The position numbers were made by a program, and so were the translations under genes. From Camelus dromedarius (Eukaryota): DNA of 64,000 bases. Shown one piece after another: positions 26,172-38,480 of the stretch (position 1 is its first letter; each line of letters starts with the position of its first letter). Under the pieces are notes generated by a model. The model did not search any database and had not been told where the DNA came from. It worked only from the letters and a program-made list of their open reading frames with translations. The stretch lies in contig NC_087436.1 in the NCBI RefSeq assembly GCF_036321535.1, positions 93,870,001 through 93,934,000 of the forward strand, read 5' to 3'.

Positions 26172-26703
26172 TTATACATATATATTCCTTTTCATATTTT
26201 TTCATTATAGGCTATTACAAGGTATTGAATATAGTTCTCTGTGCTATACAGTAGGACCTTGTTGTTTATCTATTTTATATTTGTTAGTTAGTATCTGCAA
26301 ATCCTGAACTTCCACTTTATCCCTTCACTCTCTCCTTTCCCTTGGCAACCATAAGTTTGTTTTCTATGTCTGTGAGTCTATTTCTGTTTTGTAAATAAGT
26401 TCATTTGTGTCATTCTTTTAGATTCCACATATAAGTGATATAATATGGTATTTTTCTTTCTCTTTCTGGCTTATTTCTCTTAGTATGTCTATCTCCAGGT
26501 CCATCCATGTTGCTACAATGGCATTGTTTTTATTTTTTATGGCTGAATAGTATTCCATTATGTAAATATACCACAACTTCTTTACTCAATCATCTTTTGA
26601 TGGACATTTAGGTTGCTTTCATGTTTTGGCTATTGTAAATAGTACTGCTATGAACATTGGGGTACATGTATCCTTTTGAATTAGAATTTCCTCCAGATAT
26701 ATA
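26172..26703 (-). mobile_element. Camelid/artiodactyl-type L1 3' fragment
   Basis: Antisense homolog of 15514-16020; TSD tgtat(g/a)taatttt (26159-26171 / 26704-26716). Confidence 0.9.
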
Positions 26704-27299
26704 TGTATATAATTTTCTAAAGCAGTTTTATAGCTTGGATGACAAAGGATAAATTGATCTTCCTCAGTAAGCAATGCTATAACCATGCATTGTTTGGTTC
26801 CAGTTTTGAATGTCCCCTGGCTCTCTAGCCCTCAGAGTTTGTGCTCTGTGGTACCTGAAATTGTGAGTGCTCCAAATTCTGAAAAGACATAGATCCATAA
26901 TTACAAGAATTGTCTTTTATTTTCATTAGAAGTCCCTAAAATCTGATGGGGTTGGGACCAATTTACATTTTGCCTGTTGATTAAGAATTTGAATATGGAA
27001 ACCTGAGTTAATGGGCATTACATTTCTGATTTATTACAGTGATATTGAAAAGTAACCTTCCTGAGCTGACTCATGGTTTAATCCAATAAGGAATACATAA
27101 AGATTAGAGAGAGAGAGAGAAACATATATATACACATGTTTATCTATTATTTATGGTACTCTCTTATCACACTGCTTGGCACAAAGTAAGCCCTGAAAGT
27201 AAGGCATTTGATATAATTATTGCCACCCTGCTACGGATATCTCCTTAGAAATGGAAGCTGTATCAAAACACTATGAGATGTGAAGGGTAGGCTCTAGAA

Positions 27300-27467
27300 C
27301 AACAGTGTCCAACAGAACTTTCTGTAATGATAAAAATGTTCAGTACCTACTGTGGTAGCCACTAGCCACATGTGAACTGAGGAATGGATTTTTTTTTTTT
27401 TTTAATTTCAAGTAACTTAAAATTTAAAGTCACATATGTGGCTGGAGTACCATATTAAACAGCATGA
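27300..27467 (+). mobile_element. MER3-like hAT-Charlie MITE
   Basis: tgtccaacagaactttctgtaatgataaaaatgttc...tggtagccactagccacatgtg; 8-bp TSD-like ctctagaa / ctcaagaa. Confidence 0.8.
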
Positions 27468-27939
27468 CTCAAGAATTTTAAAAGATATCAACAAAGAATT
27501 AAACAAAATAATATAGCTCTGGTAATACAGGAAGAGTAAGTCTTTCAGACTGCTAATAAGATACCAAAATGGGGAAATCTGTAATAGGTAAAGAGTCACG
27601 TTAAACTTTGTGACAAACAGCCTTTATTTAACAAGATTTTTCATGTAACTGATCATACTGCAATGATGAGGGAAGGTGAATTAGAATGGTAACATCTAGG
27701 AAAGGCATTCTAAAATATAATCATGTAATTTATTACTATCACATATATTTACTTCAAAATATATTCACAAAATTTTAAATAATACCGAATGGAATTTCAG
27801 GATTGGTGAAATCTAAGCTTTCTTCCAAGACAGAAATAACTCCAAACAGTGGATTCACTGATAACTTCATTTTATGTGCCAGGTTTGATTGATGAGTTAT
27901 CTAATTCAACAAATTTCTAGAACCCTTAGACTCAGGGTG

Positions 27940-28310
27940 TGCAAGGATGAGCCAAACAGACACAGGAGAGAACATGTCAGGAAGTAGAAATGACCTGGGA
28001 GAAAGCCTTGTGCTAGAAAGGACTGAAATAAATGCAATGTGGCTGGAGTAGAGACAGACAGATGGAGGGGAGTACAAAAGGAGGGAGGTGAACAAGGGCT
28101 AAATCTTACAGAAACTTTTAGGCCAGAGGATGGAGTTTGAACTTTCTCCAATGAGCAAGTAAAAGCCATTTGAAAACTTTTAAGTTGGGGGTTGAAAAGA
28201 GATGATGACAAGATCAGACTATTTTAAAGATTCTGCTGATTGGAAAGAAAACAAATGGATGGACGCCTGTCTAAGGAGAAGCATGGGAACCAATCTGGGA
28301 AATATGAGGG
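27940..28310 (-). mobile_element. L2 fragment
   Basis: gcaatgtggctggagtagag, ggagtttgaactttctccaatgagcaagtaaaagccatt. Confidence 0.7.
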
Positions 28311-28374
28311 CAATTGAGTAATACACAAGGTCTTTCAAGAATAAAGTACATCTTTACCTTGTTTCATGGCACAG

Positions 28375-28970
28375 CCACAAGATGTTTTCCAACACAGCAG
28401 CCAGAAGGATACTTTAAAAAGTCAGATCCTATCATTTCCTTGCTCAAAACCCGCCAGTGGACCCTCATCTCACTCAGGCCTAATACTGCCCTATAGGGCC
28501 CTATGTGATCTGAGCCCCACAATCTCTCTGACCTCATGTCCTATAATTTTTTTCCCCTCATGCCACTCCAACTCCACTGGTCTCCTAGCTGTTCCTTAAA
28601 CATGTCAAGCCCTCTCCATAGCACAGACTTTGTCCTTGCTGTCCTTTCTGCCTGGAATTTTCTTCCCATCAGATATCCCCATGGCTTCTTCCCTCATTTC
28701 TTCAAATCTCTGTTTAATGTCCTTATCAGTAGGCTGCACCTTATCAGCCCTAACCCCATATGTAAGACAGTACTTCCTGCCTCCCAAGAGTCCATTTCTT
28801 CTTATCCTGTTCTCCACAGCTAATGTACTATTTATTTACTTGCTTGCTGTTCCTCTCCCCACTAAAATGTAAGCTCTGTAAGGGCAGGGACTTTGATTTG
28901 TGTCCCATATCTTCAGCAGTGTAGGTATACAATAATCATTTGTCAAGTGAACAGATGAATGAATGAATGA
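28375..28970 (+). mobile_element. L2 3' end
   Basis: ccacactaaaatgtaagctctgtaagggcagggactttg-type terminus ending in (tgaa)n. Confidence 0.85.
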
Positions 28971-29629
28971 GGGATAGATTTGATGACCTCTCCAACTTCT
29001 TCCCCAGCTCACTGACTGTAGTTTGGAGAACCACAACCAGCATGTCATGTTCTGCTACTTTGTATAGAAACTTCCTGCCATGACTGCCTTCCCGACTCCC
29101 CTACCTTGTGGAAAGTTCAAGAATTGTGGCCAATCTTTCCCATCTTCTACTTCTTTCTCCAGCTCAGTTATCTACAAGGAACTATGCCAACCCTTCACCC
29201 AGGACCAACCCTTTCCAGTGCCAACTACCTTCTTGCCGACTCTTGTGCTTTACCAGAGGATGAGGGAGCAGATCAAGATGGCTGGGAGCCATGAGGGCTG
29301 GATTAGGGGGAGCCTTTGGTGACTGCAGCCCAATTGTAGAGTTTTGGAACTCCTCCAAGGACACACACAGGGCAGCTGCTGCCAGACCATAAAATGTTTC
29401 CCATACCCCGCCTAGAATCCATACTGGCCATGCAATGCATAGACCTCCAGTCTTATGAAAGAGTGCTTCTAAGCTGGTTGTAACACAGATGTGCTACATG
29501 TGTTGAACTCACCTGATGGGCTATTTGTTGGCTTTAGATTTTAGAGGAGGAACCAAACAAACGGGATTTTTAGTCTGTCTCAAAAGCACCAGTAATTTTT
29601 TAAAAATTGTATTTCATGGAAGTACAAAG

Positions 29630-29850
29630 TAGAGAAAAGAACCTAAATTAGGACTCAGAAATCTGAATTTCAATTCCAACTTGTGACTTGGTGTGTCCCG
29701 TAGCCTTGGGTGAGTAACTAAAACTCTGCTGGCTATAGGTTCCCATCTGTCAATAGGAATAACTATTCCTGCTCTGCCCGACCTCTCAGGGATGTTTTAG
29801 GGATCATGAGACAATAATGGGTGCACATTTGGTGAACTATACAATACTCT
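29630..29850 (+). mobile_element. MIR SINE
   Basis: ccttgggtgagtaactaaaactct...cccatctgtcaataggaataac. Confidence 0.7.
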
Positions 29851-32800
29851 TCATACACAGAGATTTTTGTGAACAGAAACATATTGGTGGCATCACTCAA
29901 ATGCCTGACAAAATGAAAGTGTGATCTCTCTTCATCCAGTAATGAAAGAATAGTTCAACAGAGGTGAGGAAAGGAATCTTGATGCATTTTTGGACTTTGC
30001 ATTTCCATGGAAACCACTACCACTTGTCTGTAGAGAGATATTCAATTACAGATGCATTTTTACGGCATAGACAAACTGCTTCTAGTTATTAAGTTCTCTT
30101 AACCAAAAAAAAAAAAAAAAAAGATGGATTCACATAGTCATGGTGACTAGTTGAAATTATAGCTCTCAAAAGGAATTTACTTTTTAATGAATGATTGCTT
30201 TCACTGCATATATATGTGTGTATGTGTGTGTGTGTATACATGTGTATGTGTATATATATGCTTATTTTAAATAAGTGTGTATCCAGAATGCTTTAAAAAT
30301 ATACTCCACATATTGTAACCTAAGCAAATAGTTTAATTAAGATTGACATGCAAAGTGCAATGTTATGAAAGAAAATGTCATCATCTTTGTTGAAGAGTAT
30401 GAAAGAGGCTCTAACCTAGTGTTCATCAGTCATTTGCAAGCATGAGGTTACAGTGTAAATCTAGAGAAGTGGTGAGACTGGTCTACTGTTTCTGGAAGAA
30501 AGAGTAGGTAGGCATAGGTGAAATCCCAAATAAAAACCCTACAACAAATAGAATTAAGTGCTGTATATGTCTCTTCCCACACATTAGAAAGACTTGAGAC
30601 TTACCAAAGAGAAAAATCTAAAATTGCCTTGGGTGGTTGATTCTGAGGGTTAGGCAAGCCTCCTATACTGCGTAACCCTAACATGAGGTCCCAATGTTCA
30701 GTTTCCAAAGGGTTATCATCCAGCATGGGACTGAACCATGGCCCTGGCATCTTCATACATGCATTTCATTACTCAGTAGTTCCTCTGCAAGATTAGGGTA
30801 AGGAAGAGGGTGGGATCCCACCTGCAATGTAGGCTTGGTTACAGCTGTTCCTTGGTGACAGAAAGAGTAAAACTAAACCGCTGAAATAAGGTCTTGAGTT
30901 TATCTGTGAATTTCAAGTGTCTGTGATAGTCCCATCTGCATGGCATGGAACTCCAGTGGGCCTCACTGAAACTGGCACGTTTGCAAGGATTTCTGAGCAA
31001 AGAAATGGAAGTTTGGGTTTCTCCCATTTTACTGGTTACTGTTTGCTCTGGTTGGGAGGGAACTAGTATGTATCTGGTGGTTCTGCCTGTGTCACTTGAG
31101 TTCATCATTCTATCCTCTCTGGAGCTGAAAACCTCACTCTTCAGAACCACCCCTTGAATCCCGGTTGTTCATATGTTTGGCAGCCTGTGGATCCCATTGT
31201 CTTCCACTTGTTTTAATCATGTAACACGTGAAGCTTGTGAAATGGAATATCCACATTATATAAATTGCAATAATCAGCTCTTGACAGATTTCTACAAAAT
31301 GTATGTCGGTAACTTCCTTCAATGTCCTGAGACATTTTACAAAGAATCATTGTCAACGTTTCAGAGAGAAAGAAAAATGAGATAGTTATCTATACTATTT
31401 CTCCATTCTAGTATTGCATGTGCCTGGAAGCCAACCAGATTTATAACAGAGTTTAAAAGGTCAGCCAGAATGTACTGAATATATAGTAGAGGCTAAGATT
31501 AACTTTCCTTTGGTTTACTGAGATAAATTGGGGTTGGGTTAATCTGGGGGGAGGAAGGAGTCACTGGTCTAATAATATAATTCATTGCCCTTTAATAAAT
31601 CTTTTCTTACTTTCCCCTTCAATTTGTGCCCTTCTGTGCTTTTTATCATATCCAGAGAGTTAGGTAATATTCAGGTCTATTAAATGGCATCTTGTTTGAA
31701 TATGTTCTTAAAAAAGTTACTGTGAAAAAAATTAGTCATCAAATCGCACACATTTCTCTATACCATGAGAAAATATAAATGATGCAATTCAAACAATTCC
31801 TTTATACGTTCTCTAAATTGAACAAAGATGTGGAGTTCCCCAATGAGAATGAATTTACTTATATCAGTCCCAAACAGCAACACTTTGCTTGAAATTCAAG
31901 TGGACGAGGATGTTTTCTGTTTGATGAAAACCAGCTTCTCCTCTTAAGTTGCAAACAAACCTGCTAAGTTCCCATGTCCCATGAGTTTCCCTGGAAATGC
32001 TCCAGATTCAGCCCAGTGTGGCCAGAAGCGTGGGCTTCTGGGACACTTTGGGGACCACATCTATGGCTGAAAGAGCTCTTCCGAGCTCTCTACACCTGTC
32101 TCCCCGCTGATAGTGGCCGGAGCAGAGCCATTATTGCTGAGGCTCTACAACTCTTAAAAAAAAAAAAAAAAAGCCTCTTGGCAATATCCAGGCTCTCCCT
32201 CTTCTGCTGTGCTCCTCTCTTTCTTAACGTCCAGGAGCTGCCAGTGGTCACTGGCCCGACTCCCTCCCTCTGCTTGGGCTCCAGGGTTGAAATTTTGCCA
32301 TCAAGGAGCTCATATTTCCTCAGCCCAGGGTAAAGAGTCACCATGATCCTGTTTTTAACTCCTGAGGAATTCTAACTACCTTCTTATATACATGGCTTAA
32401 TTATAGGGATAAATTTTATATGTGATTGAGGTGCCATGACTTCACCATCATACTTTGAACATAGACAGTTACAGTTTATTATTTAATTCGTGAGAATAAA
32501 ACTATTTAAGTTTCATGATTATAGACATATGGACCTGGGTGGGGTGCGCAGGTTAAGTCCCTTGCCTCAAACCCGTAATGGACATTAGCTGTCTTTCGAA
32601 GATGGTGTTTATTTGTCTATCCCTATCGATCTCAGTAAGAACTATAAACAAATAAAAAACTGGACACATTTTTTAAGAAGAGAGACTGGTTCTTCCTCTG
32701 CATTCTTTATCCCAGGACCTCTCCTTGGGAAAAGGAGGAAGCAGTAACGTAAATCTTACCAGCATTCCTTCTCTTGGTGCGAGACTTACCTTAAAGACAG

Positions 32801-33159
32801 TTTAGTCTGATCGCTGTATTCTACAGATGGGGGAAGGGAAAAATCTCAAGGAGTTGTAGGTGTTTGATAGAGAAGTGAGAGAGAAACCTCAGACTCCCTA
32901 TGTCTAACCCAGTGCTCTCAGCATCGTGTCACCATGTCTCTGAGTTATTAAATCACTTTGGGCACATGGGCAAAACTTTACATGCAACATTTTCAGTTGT
33001 TTTGTACTGATTTCTAGAGTATTGTCCTCATGGTAAAATCTGTCTTTTCTACTGTTTGCCCAAAGCCAGTACAGATAGACAGGCCATACTGCCCCAAAGA
33101 CTGTAGAATACTTCTGCGCTTTGAGGAAGGCTGTGGCCAGGAGAGAAGTTGGGTAGGGC

Positions 33160-33370
33160 AGTGGTTTTCAAGTCCTCTCACCACTGTAAGAAATACACTT
33201 CATTTTGTGACCCAAATCCCACGTAACATGACTATGAAGATGCAAGTATATGTATAAAATATAACTAAAATAAATTCCACAGAAAAATACTCACCCTTAC
33301 TATTTCAATGAATTCTGCTCTAGTGATTAAAAAATGTATGTAGTTTGTGACCCACTGAATGGGACATGAG
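33160..33370 (+). mobile_element. hAT-Charlie-like MITE remnant
   Basis: Begins cagtggttttcaa; gtaagaaatacac, gtgacccac motifs. Subfamily not assigned. Confidence 0.5.
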
Positions 33371-33699
33371 TCTGTGGCTTTACTCAGTGGGGATGTACCT
33401 GGCTTTCCTCCTCATGCTATTCCTGCCCAAAATACAACCAAGCATATTTATTTCTTAATATGGATCCAGCCATTCCCTATAAAACATCTCATTGGGAGCC
33501 ATCTTGGTTGGTACTCAGCATGATCAAAGGACTTTCCAGTGGGCATGTCCTTGGGTGTGTCCTAGGAGAACAGTTGCTCTTTGAGGATTGAGCTTGTGTA
33601 TCCTCTTTCAAGTGGCTGAATTGTCTTTTGGGTCCCCTCCTCATCTTCCTTCCCAAAAAAGGAATCATCAATAAATGGTTGCAGACCAATGTGCTCTAC

Positions 33700-33870
33700 T
33701 CAGTGCTGTGACCTTGAGCAAGTCACTTAAACCCTTTGATCTTCAATCCCCTGATCTATAAAATGAAAAAAGGAATTCCACCTCACAAGGCTGTTATGAA
33801 AGGTGAAAAATGTATTAAATGAGAAACTTCCTTCTCAACTTTAAAGTAAATGTTAGATATAATTATAATT
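33700..33870 (+). mobile_element. MIR SINE
   Basis: gctgtgaccttgagcaagtcacttaaaccc...atctataaaatg...cctcacaaggctgttatga. Confidence 0.78.
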
Positions 33871-34039
33871 TTACCTGTAACACTGTAGGCCGTGACACAT
33901 TATAATTAAATATACAATGACAAAGCGAACTGAATCTCTGGGAAGGTTCCTGATGCTTCTACAACTCTCTGGTATTTGATAAACTAACAAATACATTAAT
34001 ATATTATAAAAGCAGATTATTAAAGCTATTAGTATCTAT

Positions 34040-34745
34040 ATAAAGTTATATGTTGCTACCTAACAAACTGCCTTAAACTTACTGACTTAAATTCAAAGAG
34101 AAAGAAAGTAGAACAGTGGTTATCAGGGGCTGGGAAGAAGGAGGAATGGAGAGTTAGTGTTTAATGTGGACAGAGTCTCAGTTTGAGATTATGAAAAGTT
34201 CTGGAGATGGATGGTGGTGATGGTTGCACAACAGTGTTAATGTACTTAATGCCACAGAACTCTGTACTCTTAAAAATGGTTAAAATGGTAAATTTTCTGT
34301 TATGCATATTTCACAATAGTAAAGAAACACTTAGTGACGTAAAACCACAACCCTTTTAAAGTCAGGATTTGGGGCAATGCTCAGCAGGTTTGGCTCGTCT
34401 TTGCCCTCTGTGGTGTCTCCTGGGACAGTTCAATGGCTTCACTGACCACTTTGATGCTGGCTCTTAGCTGAGGTGCCTCTGTTCTCCACATGGCTCTCAA
34501 CCTCCAAGCCTTCTCTCTACATGTGGCCTCTCTCTACAGCTGGACAGCCAGGACTTCTTTACAAGGCAGTTGGGCTCTGAGACAGAAAGCAGAAGCTCCA
34601 GATCTCTTAAGGGCTTGAAGTCCCAGAAAGTTGCTTCCCCTGTACGCGAGCCATTATGCAGGCACAGATTCAATGTGGAAGGGGCCTGCCTGTGGGCGTG
34701 AATTCAGGGAGGCACGGTTTGTGGAGGGGCATTTTGCAACCCCAC
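34040..34745 (-). mobile_element. MLT1 (MaLR) LTR interrupted by an L1 3' end
   Basis: gttgctacctaacaaactgccttaaactta...gtcaggatttggggcaatgctcagc...cacagattcaatgtggaagggg. Confidence 0.78.
34092..34328 (+). mobile_element. L1MB-like 3' end inserted in MLT1
   Basis: ttctggagatggatggtggtgatggttgcacaaca...aaaatggttaaaatggtaaatttt; TSD actta(c/g)tgac(t/g)taaa (34077-34091 / 34329-34343). Confidence 0.88.
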
Positions 34746-34849
34746 AGAAGCTGGCATCTCGTAATCCATGCCACTTTGGTAACATCTCTCCATGCTCTGC
34801 TTCTTGAATTCTGTTCCAGTGCAGGATCTACAAATTAGCAGTGCAAAGT

Positions 34850-35095
34850 GTGGTTAGGAGGATCAACTTTTGCAGGAGCCTTCAAATGTTGGCTCTATTG
34901 TTTGTTGGTTGTGTGACCTTTGGCAAGTTATTCACCATCTCTGTGTCTCAGTTTTCTTATCTATAAAATGGGGATGGCAGTAGTATTTATCTCATTGTGT
35001 TGTTAGTCCTGAATGAGTGAATCTGAGTAGAAAACCTAACACTGCCTGGCAGAAAGTAAGAACTATATAAGCATTTGCTATTATTGTTATTGTTG
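34850..35095 (+). mobile_element. MIR SINE
   Basis: gtgtgacctttggcaagttattcaccatctctgtgtctcagttttcttatctataaaatggggat. Confidence 0.85.
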
Positions 35096-35789
35096 TTTTT
35101 GTCTTGTTTATTATAAAACAAATAAGGGTGATATGGTGGGAAAGGGGATATTTAGGGCTAACTAAAGGAGAAAGCCTGGAAACTTGCTTAAGTCCATGGG
35201 ACCTCCCTGCCTCACAGAGTTCTCACTTGCATCTACATCCCTCACTGATATTTAAACCTCTTTTCTTTTGTTCTGCCCACAGGAGACATGGCAAACAGCT
35301 GATCAACATCTCCTCATAATAATCCCCTGAACACCTGAAGACAGCTGTGAGAGCTTAAAGATTTGCTGAGGCTAATCTGAACACAGGTAATTGAGTTGAT
35401 GATATGTTCAAATGCACATAAACCTACACCTGGACACAGTTGCTGGGTTACTAATGGGCACCCCACAATTCTCTACACCCCCTTGGGAGCCGGAGTGGTA
35501 GGTCTGGTCTTCCCTGAATGCAGTCAGGGAGTAAGCCTCCTCTTTCTGAGTAGACCTGAACAGTGCAGGCAGAGGCTGAGAGGTGCCATGGGTTTGGAAC
35601 TCTGCTGTTCAAAAGAAGAGCTAAACCCAGGAACAGATAATGTTGAGCAGTTAATTAGCACCTACTGTTTATATCAGTGAGTTCTTGCTGAGCTCACCAA
35701 TGCCTAATCCAATAGGCACTTTTCAGTCCTCAGCTTCCTGGACAGCCCTCTCACAGTTCTCATCCTCTCTCATTTTGGAGTGAGGCAGG

Positions 35790-36025
35790 ACATTGTGGCT
35801 TTTTTCAAGTATTGCAACCAGAATGCCTGGATTCTAGTCCAGGCTCTCCCACTTACCAGCTGCATGACCTTGTGCAAGTTACTTGGCTGGTCAGTTTCAA
35901 CTTTGTCCTGATCTTCATCTATAAATGGGATTCATAGTAGTTCTATATTATCGGGTTGCTGGAAATATTTTTTTAAAAAATTTTCTTAGCACAGTGGGGA
36001 GACATAGTAAGAATTCAAAATATTA
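35790..36025 (+). mobile_element. MIR SINE within an L2-like segment (about 35690-36340)
   Basis: tgcctggattctagtccaggctctcccacttaccagctgcatgaccttgtgcaagttactt. Confidence 0.8.
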
Positions 36026-36344
36026 AAAAAAAAACTTCTCCATTGACTTTTGGGACAGTGGCTCTTTTTCTGCCTGTTAGCCCACTCCTTCTTAGTCCTC
36101 GTTTGCCAACCCTCTTCTTTTACTCATCCATGAAAAATCAGCAGTTCCCCCAAGGTTCTCTCTTTGATCCTCTACTCTTCTCATTTTGAATAACCTCCGT
36201 ATGACTCATGCCCTTGGTCTCAATTACTATCTATACACTGATGCCTTACAAACCTTTATCTCTAGGCTACCTTTTCATTGAAGAGTATCTCCATCTGGAT
36301 AGTCCAAGGCTCCTTAAATTAAAAATGTCTAAAACCAGGACATC

Positions 36345-36930
36345 CACCCCTGGCTATGATGGAATAGAAACTGATACCAGACTAGCCAACCTACCATTTT
36401 TTAAAAATCACTAAACAAAGCAAAATATTTGAGTCAACTATTTCAGGCAGCACAAGTCTGTGATCCCTAAGAGAAGAGAAATTCAAGAGGTGAGGTCCAC
36501 AATAATCACTCTGGCTCATTATCTGGGGGCTATGTCCAACCAAGAAGGAGTGAGCTAGGAAACCAATTGAGCTGAGCAGGCAGAGATTGGAGTTTATGGC
36601 AGTTGAGCAGCTATAATGTACAAGTTAGGACACTGAGAGGAGGGAGTTTGCAGAGGGAGGGCTCCAAAAATCTTGTGTGGATCCCCTGTGGGTGCTTGGC
36701 TAAAAGCTGGTTTGCACATGTGTAAGGTAAGACTATCCAAGGATTACCAGATACCAGCTCCTGTGGGGTTGAAAGCTGAGCAGGGATATTAGAGTTCAAG
36801 CTATGATGGGGGTCATTGGAGTTTTGGCTCAGCCTGAGTGAAAAGCCACATTAACACTTTGTTAATAACACCTCAGGCATCCAGCTGGGACACCAGAAAG
36901 AACACATCTTAAAAGTAAGGACCATGTTCT
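36345..36930 (+). mobile_element. Probable 5' region of an old L1M element
   Basis: Resembles ancient L1MC/L1M4 5' ends (ggctatgatggaatag, gtgatccctaagagaagagaa, gggcaggcagagattggagttt-like); recalled similarity only. Confidence 0.5.
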
Positions 36931-36934
36931 AAAG

Positions 36935-37132
36935 CAGATAGTTCTCAGATAGTTGTCCCCAGGCCAGTAGCATTAGCATCACCTGGAAACTGGTTAGATG
37001 TACAATTGGAAATGCAAATTCTAAAGTCCCATTTGAATCTCAATCAGGGACTTGAAGGATGGAGCTCAGAAATTTGTGCTTTTAACAAATTCTTCGGATG
37101 ATTCTGATGCATGCTGACCTTCGAGAACCACT
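36935..37132 (+). mobile_element. MER5A-like hAT-Charlie MITE
   Basis: agcattagcatcacctggaaactggttaga...aatgcaaattct...tgattctgatgcatg...gagaaccactg. Confidence 0.85.
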
Positions 37133-37254
37133 GCCCTAGAGGAAGACCTGCACTAGAACTGCCCTAACAATACCTTATGCAAACCTTGACAAGAGCACAG
37201 GGGAAACAGTGTGAAGGCTGAGCATGTTGAGGCAGAGGGCTTGGGAAGATAGCT

Positions 37255-37572
37255 TGGATTATGCCACAGTTACAAACATCCTTCAAATCTCAGTGACCTA
37301 CAACTGCAACTCACACTGCAGGCCCGCTGGAATTCAATGGGGGCTCTGCTGTCTGTTCTTGCTCCTTAACCCAGGCTAAAGGAGCAGCCACTGCGTGGAA
37401 TATTGCCAGATGCCATGACAGAGGGAAATAAAGAGCCTGATAAATTTTGTTCTAGTTTTTAGTTTCTAGTTCTAGTTCTCAAAGCTTCCTCCATCTCTTT
37501 GGCTGAATTAGGTCACACAGCCCCATCCAACTTCAGAAGCAGGTCAGAAATGTGCAGTTTTACTTTATGTTC
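37255..37572 (-). mobile_element. Old MLT1 (K/L-like) LTR
   Basis: caaatctcagtgaccta, acccaggctaaaggagcagccact, ccatgacagagggaaa, aggtcacacagcccca. Confidence 0.7.
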
Positions 37573-37581
37573 AGAACAGGA

Positions 37582-37956
37582 TGTGGTAGTAATTAGTGCT
37601 GGTGTCTAAGTATTTCTGGTTCCCCTTTTGGGTTCATGGTAGGATTGCACTGCTCTGCCCCCCTGGAGTTGGCTGGGGCCATGTGACTCTTGGGCAGCAA
37701 CTTTGAGAGCATATACACAGTGAACCACACTCCCTTCCTGTTGCTGGAAAGACAATCCCCTCACTGCTGTGAGGTACGTATTGAGATGAAGTCTCCATTA
37801 TTCTGGATTCCTATGTGACTATGAGGAGCATTGCTCCCCGGCCAACCTGCGTGGGACATGTGGTAATAGCAAAGAATAATTTTGGTGGTTTTAAGTCACT
37901 GAGATTTTGTAACTGTTTCTTGTCACAGCATAACCTAACCTGTCCTGACTAATATA
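37582..37956 (+). mobile_element. MLT1 (I/J-like) LTR
   Basis: Starts tgtggtag; ggggccatgtgact; ends gttttaagtcactgagatttt...cagcataacctaacctgtcctgactaatata. Confidence 0.82.
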
Positions 37957-38059
37957 CTCCCTTATAGAGTCATCGTGAGGATTAAACAAGATAATTTATG
38001 TCAAGGGCTTAGTACATGGTTAGCACTCAATATATGTTAGTAATGCTCATTCTTGCTGG

Positions 38060-38480
38060 AACCCTTGCACTAACCTTCTAACCACTGGTGTCTGACCCTG
38101 CCCCATTTACTCCATCCACTCCACTGCCACTAGAGTGATCTTCCTAAAATGCTAATCTGATTATCCCCCTTACTTGAAATCCTTCGGTCTCTCCTGACTT
38201 TGATAAAGCTTCTAAATTCTCCAGCAGGGGTCCAGACCTTCCATGGCCTGGACCCTGCCTGCCACTCCAGCCTCATTCCCCACTAATCTCCCAAAGGTCC
38301 CTAGGATCTGGCCACATCAGGCAACCCATTCTTTTCTTGCTCTTCTTACATTTATACCATTGCAAATGCTGTTCCTTCTGCCCAGAGAACCCTTCCTTCT
38401 CTTGCCCACCAAGCAAACTGCTTATCATTCCTTAAAGACAGCTCAAATATCACCTCCTCTATGAATCTACTCTGATGCAC
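38060..38480 (+). mobile_element. L2 fragment
   Basis: ctccactgccactagagtgatcttcctaaaatgctaatctgat...ccttaaagacagctcaaatatcacctcctct. Confidence 0.8.

Noticed and set aside
27940..28970. Adjacent opposite-orientation L2 fragments as a functional hairpin
   Set aside because: Ancient, highly diverged copies; no extended complementarity visible by eye.
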